Shown here in pieces: positions 18,991-26,768 of a DNA stretch of 64,000 nt; positions within the stretch are counted from its first letter, which is position 1, and every line of letters starts with the position of its first letter. Under the pieces are notes generated by a model. The model worked only from the letters and a program-made list of their open reading frames with translations. It was not told the DNA's origin and searched no databases. The DNA comes from Sphingobacteriaceae bacterium. GTDB taxonomy: Bacteria; Bacteroidota; Bacteroidia; B-17B0; Aurantibacillaceae. A program made the position numbers and the translations under genes. The stretch is from the NCBI GenBank assembly GCA_013823565.1, contig PNMI01000010.1:3899-67898 (forward strand), written 5' to 3'.

Positions 18991-20001
18991 ATGGAATTAT
19001 ACTTAGATTCAGCAAACCTTAAAGAAATTGAAGAAGGTTTTAAATTAGGATTCTTAAATGGTCTTACTACTACTCCTACCTTCATGCAAAAAGAAGGTAT
19101 TACAGATATCGATGGAACGATTGTAAAATTAAGCAAAATGGTTCCTGTACTTCAAATTGAAGCATTAGGAAATTCAGCTGAAGAAGTTTTAGCAGAAGCG
19201 GAACGCCAATTAGCCTTAGGATTAGACCCAAAGAAAACAGTATTTAAAATTCCCGTTTCATTAGAAGGCGTTAGAGCTTGTAAAATGTTACGCGATAAAG
19301 GCTATTTAGTAAACGTACACTTAGTGTATACCTTACAACAAGCTTATATGGCTATGCAAGCGGGCGCAACGTATGTTTGTCCATTAGTTGGTCGTTTACA
19401 AGATCAAGGACATGATGCTTTAGCATTGGTACAACAATGTGTAGATGCAGTTGACTTATATGATTACGATACTAAAATCATGTTTTCATCAGTGCGTAAT
19501 GCAGAACACGTGCGTAACGCTATTAATATTGGTGTTCACACTATTACCGTTCCGTTAAAAATTATCAAACAATTAACGGAGAATAACTTCACTACTTTAG
19601 GTACTGACCAGTTTATACAAGATACGCGTTTAATGATGGTAAAAGTGAAAGAAGCTATTAAAGCAACTAATCCTTTAGTATCAGAAAACACTTCGGTAAC
19701 AGATGCAATCGTTAAAATGACAGAATTTGGTTTTGGTGCAGTTACTGTTACTAAAGCTGATGGAAGTATTAAAGGTGTATTTACAGATGGTAGCTTACGT
19801 AAATTAATTGGAGAAAAAGGAAGAGATATTTTAACGAAAAACTTATCTGATTTAGAATATAGAGAACCAATTACAATTGATGCTAATGTTTTATTAAACG
19901 ATGCAAATTCTTTATTTAAGAAAACTAACGTTGATACTATTGTTGTGACTGATGGTGGTAAACCGGTTGGTATGTTAGATATTCAAGATATGAAAGGATA
20001 A
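18991..20001 (+). CDS. transaldolase/fructose-6-phosphate-aldolase-fold protein fused to a C-terminal CBS pair
   Basis: The N-terminal ~210 aa align by eye with E. coli FSA (MELYLD; VFKIPVS with Lys86; YVCPLVGRLQD). The C-terminal ~120 aa is KpsF/KdsD-like CBS (VTDAIVKM...GVFTDGSLRK...VVTDGGKPVGMLDIQD). Confidence 0.8.
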   Translation: MELYLDSANLKEIEEGFKLGFLNGLTTTPTFMQKEGITDIDGTIVKLSKMVPVLQIEALGNSAEEVLAEAERQLALGLDPKKTVFKIPVSLEGVRACKMLRDKGYLVNVHLVYTLQQAYMAMQAGATYVCPLVGRLQDQGHDALALVQQCVDAVDLYDYDTKIMFSSVRNAEHVRNAINIGVHTITVPLKIIKQLTENNFTTLGTDQFIQDTRLMMVKVKEAIKATNPLVSENTSVTDAIVKMTEFGFGAVTVTKADGSIKGVFTDGSLRKLIGEKGRDILTKNLSDLEYREPITIDANVLLNDANSLFKKTNVDTIVVTDGGKPVGMLDIQDMKG

Positions 20002-20020
20002 AAATTCACATTAAAATTTA

Positions 20021-20050
20021 AAACCTGTCAATTTTGGCAGGTTTTTTTTT
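20021..20050 (+). terminator. Rho-independent terminator
   Basis: ACCTGTC / GGCAGGT stem followed by a T9 run. Confidence 0.75.
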
Positions 20051-20104
20051 GGAATAAAATTACGCTTATGAGGATTTTAGCAAAAAAAGTTTAACTTTAA
20101 TATT

Positions 20105-21178
20105 ATGGCAAACAAATCACAGTTAATTGATGATATAGGGGAACTTCCGTTTTTTTTATTTTATCAGGGAGATTATACTCTATCTCCTACATTAAGTATA
20201 ATTAATGTTGTGGAAAAACATTTTGAGCCAATAGTAAAAAAAACAAGCTTAAAAAAACTAGTCTATTTATTAATAGAGTCTCTTCAAAATATTGAGAGAT
20301 ATAGTGCTCATGTTGCATCGTCCGAAGATTTTTCTCTTATCTATTGTGACGGAAAGTCTTTTTATATCATTACTCAAAATACTATTTATAATGATAAGGT
20401 AAATGACCTATCAAACAGACTACAAACAATCTCTAATAAAAGTCAGGAAGAACTAGACGAAACATATATTCAGGTTCTTTCATCTGAAACAAAAACAGAA
20501 AAAGGCGCTGGATTAGGATTGATTGATATAGCCAGAAAAAGCAAAAACAGTTTATATTACTCCTTTGATAAAGTCTCTGACACGTATTCAACATTTAACA
20601 TGGGCTTTTCTATTCCTATGGATAAAAGCATGGACGCGATTACCATTGATAATACTAAAGCAGAATTAATTGTAAAAGAATTTAAAGAGAATTTCAAGGG
20701 AAATAAAAGTTCATTAATTTATGGAGGAGATTTTTCAACGACGTTTATAAAATCACTTTTAGATCTTTTAAAAACAGCTAAGGTAAATGAGTTAAATAGT
20801 AAAAACAGGAAAACACATCATTTACTAATTGAAATGATTCAAAACGTTAAAAAACACGGCTTTGAAATTGAAAACAAGAGTCGTGGACAATTATTTTTAG
20901 AATGGAAAGATGATGGATTGCACATTACAACCTATAATTTAATTGAAGAGGAACAAAGTAATCGCTTAATTAAAAAAGTTGAATTATTAAACGAGGCAGA
21001 CGAGGAAAGCCTAAAAATTATTAGTAAAAATAATTTACAGGATTTAACCCAACAAGGGGGTTTAGGATTAATAGATGTAGCGACATTAATTTTCCCAAGA
21101 AAAATTGGGATTAACACAATTAAAAAAAGTATCTTAGTTTCAGAATTGATGTTATCCATTCAAGTGAATTATGAATAA
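20105..21178 (+). CDS. tandem-duplicated SiaB-like / anti-sigma-type GHKL serine-threonine kinase
   Basis: 357 aa, two ~180-aa halves. Each half has an N-box-like E-x-x-Q-N (IESLQNIERY; IEMIQNVKKH) and a G-box-like G-L-G-L-I-D (GAGLGLIDIARKS; QGGLGLIDVATL). Confidence 0.6.
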   Translation: MANKSQLIDDIGELPFFLFYQGDYTLSPTLSIINVVEKHFEPIVKKTSLKKLVYLLIESLQNIERYSAHVASSEDFSLIYCDGKSFYIITQNTIYNDKVNDLSNRLQTISNKSQEELDETYIQVLSSETKTEKGAGLGLIDIARKSKNSLYYSFDKVSDTYSTFNMGFSIPMDKSMDAITIDNTKAELIVKEFKENFKGNKSSLIYGGDFSTTFIKSLLDLLKTAKVNELNSKNRKTHHLLIEMIQNVKKHGFEIENKSRGQLFLEWKDDGLHITTYNLIEEEQSNRLIKKVELLNEADEESLKIISKNNLQDLTQQGGLGLIDVATLIFPRKIGINTIKKSILVSELMLSIQVNYE

Positions 21179-21548
21179 AAATCCACACATAATAGAAGCA
21201 ACAGAAGATACTCCATTAGTTGTTCTTGAAAAAAAGGATGGCGTCAATAGTATTCTAATTCAAGGTGTTTCTATGCCCGAAAATTTATTTGATTTTTATA
21301 CTCCTTTATTCGAAACCGTTTTTAATTTCTTTGAGACGGATAGTATCACAAATATGGAGATTAACGTTGAGTATATGAATTCTATGTCTAATAAGCAGAT
21401 TTTGAAGCTAATCAAAACGGTTTATGAAAAAGCCCCTTCTGTTAAGGTTATATGGAAATACTCAAAAGAAGATGATTTAATTAAATTAAAGGGACAAGAA
21501 ATTCAAAGCGTGTTTCCTGAAATTAATATTCTATTGACAGAATATTAA
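21171..21548 (+). CDS. DUF1987 / SiaC-like regulatory phosphoprotein
   Basis: 125 aa. TPLVVLEKKDG...ILIQGVSMPENLFDFYTPL...INVEYMNSMSNKQILKLI is the DUF1987 pattern. Start overlaps the upstream stop by 8 nt (ATGAATAA). Confidence 0.65.
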   Translation: MNKNPHIIEATEDTPLVVLEKKDGVNSILIQGVSMPENLFDFYTPLFETVFNFFETDSITNMEINVEYMNSMSNKQILKLIKTVYEKAPSVKVIWKYSKEDDLIKLKGQEIQSVFPEINILLTEY

Positions 21549-23314
21549 ATTTTAAATCCAAGCACAAGAACATCATCTGTTTGTTCTTTAGTTCCTTTCC
21601 AGGTGTTAAACTCTGTTTCCAAAACAGACTCAGAATTAGAAAAATTAGAAGAGGAGGAAACCTTTCTTAATAATTCATCCATTCGTTTTAAATTATATTT
21701 TTCAACGTTTTCGGTTTTTCCACCAAACTGATCGCAGTATCCATCGCTCAATAAGTAAAAACAATCTCCTTTTTTTATCGGAACAGATTGATCTGCTAAA
21801 TCTTTTTCGTTGATTGAAAGACCAATTGTTTTTGCAGTAACTTTGTGGTGAATGATGGTGTTGTTTGTAATTTGATATAAACCATTGGTAATGCCCGAAA
21901 ACAAAAGATCGTTAGAGCCATCTTTAATACTGATAATCGTAATATCAATACCATACTCTACTTGTTTATCATTTGAAAAAGCAGATACAATCATTTGATT
22001 TAATTCATATAAAATTTTGCTCGGCAATACATTGCCCTGAACATTTACAATGTTTTCTAAAATACTATGTCCCAAAATTGAGAGCAGTGCTCCAGGAACT
22101 CCATGCCCTGTACAATCAGCAACTGCTATAATTTTATGATTATTAACATGACTAAACCAATAAAAATCTCCAGATAAATAGTCTTTTGGTTGGTTAAAAA
22201 TAAAAGAGATTGGAAACAAGTTATTTAATGAAGATTTATCTTTAAAAAAACTAGACTGAACAATTGAGGCGTAGCGAATACTGCTTAAAAGTCGTGCATT
22301 TATTTTGCTAATGTTTTTGTTTTTTTCGGCTAATATTAAATTGTGTTTCTTTCTTGTATTTAAAAAATTTAATAGAAGTAGGATAGATATGATGGCAAAA
22401 ACACAAAATAAGCCTAGATAAATAATTTTTTTTCTTGAAGCACTAATTTCGTTTTGTTGAGTTTTTATGAGTAACTCTTTAACTTGTATTTGATTTTCGG
22501 CATTTTTGATTTGAGATAATAATAACTCATAATGTTCACTCTCAGGATTAATCAGAGATAATGATTTTTTTGCCTCCTCTATTTGGTTTTTAATTTCATC
22601 AATTGACATTAAAGAATCTTGTAGAAGAAAATTTAAAGACGTCTGTATAGCTTTACCAAGCTTAATAGCGGCAGTATCTGCTTTTAAAACCACTGAAGCA
22701 GAGGAGTGTTTTAGATTATCAGCTTCGTTGTTTTTTTTGAAAGAGTTTAAAGCTGGAATTGAGGCAAGTTTTGCAAGGTTTTTTTTGGATGAATTATTAA
22801 TTGTAACAGATTTTTCAATTAATATTTTATTAGATTGTTGAACATCCGCACTAGATTTTTTTTGAATACTTGTATTAATAACATACTTAAGCGTTCCTCC
22901 GTCACTAACCGTTAGCTCTCCTAGATTATTGAATGAGTTGTCGCCTTTTTTTAAAATAAATGACGTGCCTAGATAGTTTGTTTTTTCGCCAGCATCTTCA
23001 TAGTTAATAGTAAGTTGAACAGAAGAATAGCCTTCGCTGGTAATTTCAACAACATATTTATTTGGCTTTGGTAAAACAAACGAAAACGAACCTGTAATAT
23101 CAGAATAGATATTAAATGAATTATTTTCATTTTTAATACTAAGCTTTGCACCGCCAATTGGCCCCTCAAAACTAACATTTTTACTAGCCTTTTTTATAAG
23201 CAAAACTCGTTCGCCTAAAAACCCATATATGTTTCCCGAAAAAGTAACCTGTTGAGAAAAAACAACGAGATTAAAAAAAGTAAAAACTGCAAAACATAAA
23301 ATCTTTAAACGCAT
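21545..23314 (-). CDS. membrane-bound SpoIIE/PP2C-family protein phosphatase with a periplasmic sensor region
   Basis: 589 aa. Signal peptide, carboxypeptidase-regulatory-like beta-sandwich, coiled coil, TM (IIYLGLFCVFAIISILLLLNFL), PP2C (SGDFYWF...VADCTGHGVPGALLS...LLSDGYCDQFGG...EQTDDVLVLGF). Confidence 0.8.
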   Translation of the reverse strand: MRLKILCFAVFTFFNLVVFSQQVTFSGNIYGFLGERVLLIKKASKNVSFEGPIGGAKLSIKNENNSFNIYSDITGSFSFVLPKPNKYVVEITSEGYSSVQLTINYEDAGEKTNYLGTSFILKKGDNSFNNLGELTVSDGGTLKYVINTSIQKKSSADVQQSNKILIEKSVTINNSSKKNLAKLASIPALNSFKKNNEADNLKHSSASVVLKADTAAIKLGKAIQTSLNFLLQDSLMSIDEIKNQIEEAKKSLSLINPESEHYELLLSQIKNAENQIQVKELLIKTQQNEISASRKKIIYLGLFCVFAIISILLLLNFLNTRKKHNLILAEKNKNISKINARLLSSIRYASIVQSSFFKDKSSLNNLFPISFIFNQPKDYLSGDFYWFSHVNNHKIIAVADCTGHGVPGALLSILGHSILENIVNVQGNVLPSKILYELNQMIVSAFSNDKQVEYGIDITIISIKDGSNDLLFSGITNGLYQITNNTIIHHKVTAKTIGLSINEKDLADQSVPIKKGDCFYLLSDGYCDQFGGKTENVEKYNLKRMDELLRKVSSSSNFSNSESVLETEFNTWKGTKEQTDDVLVLGFKI

Positions 23315-23478
23315 AAATATTTAATATTTAACTAAATTACATTAATGCCTTAGTTTATGCAAATAAATACTGAGGCGATGTATTTATAATTGTCGCAATA
23401 GTAATGGGTACAAAATCTCAAATTTAGCTTCAAAAATCTAATACTTTATTTATCTTTATTCTTTAATTAAAAATTTAT

Positions 23479-24183
23479 ATGTCACATCTCACACAACTAT
23501 TTACTGAAATCGGAGGTCAATTTATAACACCAGAGGCAGAGTTAATGGAAAAGTTAAAACACGTCAAAGCTTTTGTGTTTGATTGGGATGGTGTATTTAC
23601 TGATGGTAGTAAAGATCATTTATTACAAAGTCATTTCAATGAAGTAGATAGTATGGGAACAAACTTGTTGAGGTTTTCATACTTTTTAAATCATAAAACA
23701 ATTCCAACTACTGCTATTATATCAGGTGAAAAAAATAGTGCTGCTTTTACTTTTGTGGATAGAGAACGTTTTCATGCCTCATATTCAAAGTTTGCTAATA
23801 AACTAGACGCTACTAAACACTTGTGCGAAACTTACGGCTTACATGTAAACGAAATATGTTATGTGTTTGATGACGTATTAGATTTGAGCTTAGCAGAAGT
23901 ATGTGGCTTGAGAATTTTTATTTCTCGCAACGCCAATCCATTATTTAATGAGTATGTGATTCGTCATTTTTTAGCAGATTATGTAACTGGTGCTTCAAGT
24001 GGAAACGGAGCCGTGCGAGAAGCTTGTGAATTACTAATTGGACTAAACGGCAATTTTAATGAAGTGATTACAGAACGTAAAAACTTTTCTGACATCTATT
24101 CTAAATATTTAGCAATGCGTAAGGCTACTACGCCTACTTATTACACTTCGCAGGATGGGGCAGTGGTTGAGGTTACAGGCTAG
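23479..24183 (+). CDS. HAD-IIIA phosphatase, KdsC (KDO-8-phosphate phosphatase)-like with a C-terminal extension
   Basis: 234 aa. FVFDWDGVFTDG (DxD), FNEVDSMG, YVFDDVLDL, GNGAVREACELLIGLNG parallel E. coli KdsC motifs. About 45 extra C-terminal residues. Confidence 0.65.
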   Translation: MSHLTQLFTEIGGQFITPEAELMEKLKHVKAFVFDWDGVFTDGSKDHLLQSHFNEVDSMGTNLLRFSYFLNHKTIPTTAIISGEKNSAAFTFVDRERFHASYSKFANKLDATKHLCETYGLHVNEICYVFDDVLDLSLAEVCGLRIFISRNANPLFNEYVIRHFLADYVTGASSGNGAVREACELLIGLNGNFNEVITERKNFSDIYSKYLAMRKATTPTYYTSQDGAVVEVTG

Positions 24184-24944
24184 TTTTTATATCTTTTTCC
24201 AAAATACAAATTGAAACCAGTATTTAAGACAAACTGTTGAGGATAACTAAAATGTAAATCTTTTAATTCATTTTTTGGTCCATTGTTTATATAAATACCT
24301 GGTTGAATAAAGAATCCTACCATTCTATATCTGTATTTATATGTTAGCATGTAATCAAAACAAGCAACAGTTAAATTGTCATTTATATAGACATCCTTTC
24401 TGTTAAATGTAGAAGAGGTATTATCAGGAGAAGAGTAATCTATAGAATAATTGAACCAATTATAGTCAATATTGCTAGTTCTAAACGTAAATGATAATTG
24501 ATGCCCTTTTTTAAAATGTTGGTATAAACTAACCTGAGAATAGTATTTCTTAAACGAATTATCAACTGTAAATCCCATATAATGCTCATCCTCTAAATGC
24601 TTAGTTTTATCCCAATATTTTCTTTCGCCTATGCCATAACCAGCAAAAACATCAAAACTAAAATTTTTGAATAAAAAATTATTTTTATAGTAGCCAAATG
24701 CAATATCTACATTATTACCTTTATCAGAATAGTGGATATTATGTATAATTCCAAAAGATTTTAAAGGACTAACTGCTGCTTGAAGTTCATAATGTTTAAT
24801 TCCTCCAGCGATATTGATTTGATACTTATTGGTACTATCAAAATTAGGTGTGTTCACAAGAGTAGGAATATACAAAGCATGTGTTGCGCATGATGTTAAA
24901 ACAACAGAAAAAAGAATAAATAAATATTTCAATGTTCTTAGCAT
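24180..24944 (-). CDS. lipoprotein, probable outer-membrane beta-barrel; function unknown
   Basis: 254 aa. Lipobox LTSC, alternating aromatic-rich strands, C-terminal aromatic residue pattern. Confidence 0.45.
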   Translation of the reverse strand: MLRTLKYLFILFSVVLTSCATHALYIPTLVNTPNFDSTNKYQINIAGGIKHYELQAAVSPLKSFGIIHNIHYSDKGNNVDIAFGYYKNNFLFKNFSFDVFAGYGIGERKYWDKTKHLEDEHYMGFTVDNSFKKYYSQVSLYQHFKKGHQLSFTFRTSNIDYNWFNYSIDYSSPDNTSSTFNRKDVYINDNLTVACFDYMLTYKYRYRMVGFFIQPGIYINNGPKNELKDLHFSYPQQFVLNTGFNLYFGKRYKN

Positions 24945-24970
24945 TTCTTACACTAAGATAGTAAAATATT

Positions 24971-25945
24971 TTATTTTTTATACTTCAACGCCCACTCTTT
25001 TGCAAAATAAGTTAAGATGACAGAAGCTCCTGCGCGTTTCATACTTAATAAAATCTCATCACGCACTCTGTCTCCATCAATCCAACCTTTGGCTGCGGCT
25101 GCTTTTACCATGGCGTATTCGCCACTCACATTGTAGGCTGCAATTGGTAAATCAAAATTAGTGTTGAGGTCTTTGATAATATCTAAATAAGATAAAGCAG
25201 GCTTTACCATTAAAAAATCCGCCCCTTCTTCTAAATCTAATTGTGCTTCAATTAATGCTTCCTTGCTATTAGCAGGATTCATTTGATAGGTTTTTTTATC
25301 TCCAAATTTTGGAGCGCTATCCAAGGCATCTCTAAATGGTCCATAAAATGCACTCGCATATTTAGCGGTATAACTCATGATAGATACATCTTCGTGCCCC
25401 GCATCATCTAGTGCCTCGCGAATAAACCCAACACGACCATCCATCATATCACTTGGTCCTATGATGTCAATACCGCAATCAGCCTGTGCAACCGCCATTT
25501 TAGCCAAAATATCTAACGTTTTATCATTTATTATTTTTCCATTCTCAACTAAGCCATCATGTCCGTCGCTGCTGTATGGATCCATGGCCACATCCGTCAT
25601 AATACACGCTTCAGGAAATTTCTTTTTTATAAGAGCTAATGTTTTTAAATACAAGCCGTTTTTGTTAGTGCTTTCTGTCGCAAATTTATCTTTGTATTTA
25701 TCAGTTAAACTAGGAAACACATCAAAGGTGGTAATTCCTAATTTTAAACATTGCTCAATTTCTTTTAGCATCAAATCAGGACTTAATCTAAAAATCCCTG
25801 GCATTGATTTTACTTCTGATTTTTTATTCTTCCCATCAATTAAAAATAAAGGAAAAATAAAATCATTCACCGTTACATGATTTTCTTGAATCAAGTTTCT
25901 AATAGCTTCTGATTTTCTGTTTCTACGTGGACGATGAGTAATCAT
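24971..25945 (-). CDS. hemB: porphobilinogen synthase (delta-aminolevulinate dehydratase)
   Basis: 324 aa. RPRRNR, DVAMDPYSSDGHDG, MVKPA, AYNVSGEYAM. Confidence 0.95.
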   Translation of the reverse strand: MITHRPRRNRKSEAIRNLIQENHVTVNDFIFPLFLIDGKNKKSEVKSMPGIFRLSPDLMLKEIEQCLKLGITTFDVFPSLTDKYKDKFATESTNKNGLYLKTLALIKKKFPEACIMTDVAMDPYSSDGHDGLVENGKIINDKTLDILAKMAVAQADCGIDIIGPSDMMDGRVGFIREALDDAGHEDVSIMSYTAKYASAFYGPFRDALDSAPKFGDKKTYQMNPANSKEALIEAQLDLEEGADFLMVKPALSYLDIIKDLNTNFDLPIAAYNVSGEYAMVKAAAAKGWIDGDRVRDEILLSMKRAGASVILTYFAKEWALKYKK

Positions 25946-25963
25946 GGTGTTTATATTAATGAT

Positions 25964-26644
25964 TTATACTAATTCTATAGATGGCGATTGATATTTGCTA
26001 GCTCCTTTGTACATTAAATACATGCTAATAGCCATAAAAATATGACTTAAATCGGCATGATTAAACCAGATAGAGAATGCTAATTTAAATACATGACAAA
26101 GAACAGCAACAACTGCCATACCAACACCATATATCATAAACAAGCTGAGTTGTGATTTCGTTTTTTTGTAGTGAATGTTTTCTAAAATAGTGACGATTAA
26201 TACTAAGCCAAAAGCAGAGTGTACTTCAACTACCACAAACGACCAAAATACAAATACAGAAACAAAGGCTGTTACAACTTCAACACAACATAATATGAGT
26301 AAGCTTTTAAAAGCAGATTCTCCAATGCTTTTACGAACATGATATAGAGCAGCAAATTGAGCAAATGAAGTTCCAAAAATACCTGTAACCCAGCCATATA
26401 TTTTGGCGTCTACACCAAAGTAATATAAAAAAGCGTGACCAATTAATGCAGCAACCAATGTAGAAGCTCCAGTTAATAAAAAGAACCAGCGGTAAAGAGT
26501 TAATCCTTTATCATCCGAAATGTTTTTTGTTTTAAAAAACGCAAAAAAACAAACACCGATAAATAATAAATCAGTAAGCGTTGTAATAGGCTCATCTATT
26601 CTTAAATCGCCAATGTGTATGGTTGGATTTTGAAAGGGTGTCAT
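25964..26644 (-). CDS. 7-TM integral membrane protein of unknown function, embedded in the hem cluster
   Basis: 226 aa, about 7 hydrophobic helices, conserved-looking His residues (GHAF, EVHSAF, NHADLSH). Stop lies 18 nt upstream of the hemB start. Confidence 0.55.
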   Translation of the reverse strand: MTPFQNPTIHIGDLRIDEPITTLTDLLFIGVCFFAFFKTKNISDDKGLTLYRWFFLLTGASTLVAALIGHAFLYYFGVDAKIYGWVTGIFGTSFAQFAALYHVRKSIGESAFKSLLILCCVEVVTAFVSVFVFWSFVVVEVHSAFGLVLIVTILENIHYKKTKSQLSLFMIYGVGMAVVAVLCHVFKLAFSIWFNHADLSHIFMAISMYLMYKGASKYQSPSIELV

Positions 26645-26659
26645 GTAGTTATTTCTTTT

Positions 26660-26760
26660 AACACAGAGTTAAGGAGTTTTGGAGTTCATGGAGTTCTTTT
26701 TGTTTTGAAAATGGCTACCACCATTTCTCTGAGAACTCTTCTTCTCTGTTTCTCTGTGTT
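26660..26760. repeat. REP-like intergenic palindromic element
   Basis: Perfect 9-bp terminal inverted repeat AACACAGAG (26660-26668) / CTCTGTGTT (26752-26760). Nested GAGTTC (26691-96) / GAACTC (26733-38). GGAGTT occurs three times at 26673, 26681 and 26690. Confidence 0.6.
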
Positions 26761-26768
26761 GAATAATT

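Noticed and set aside
21545-21548. Convergent gene pairs whose stop codons overlap: 21545-21548; also 24180-24183, 11880-11883 and 10286-10294.
   Set aside because: This is probably genome compaction (palindromic TTAA/CTAG-type stop overlaps), not a regulatory device. It is noted only because no terminator separates these convergent transcripts.
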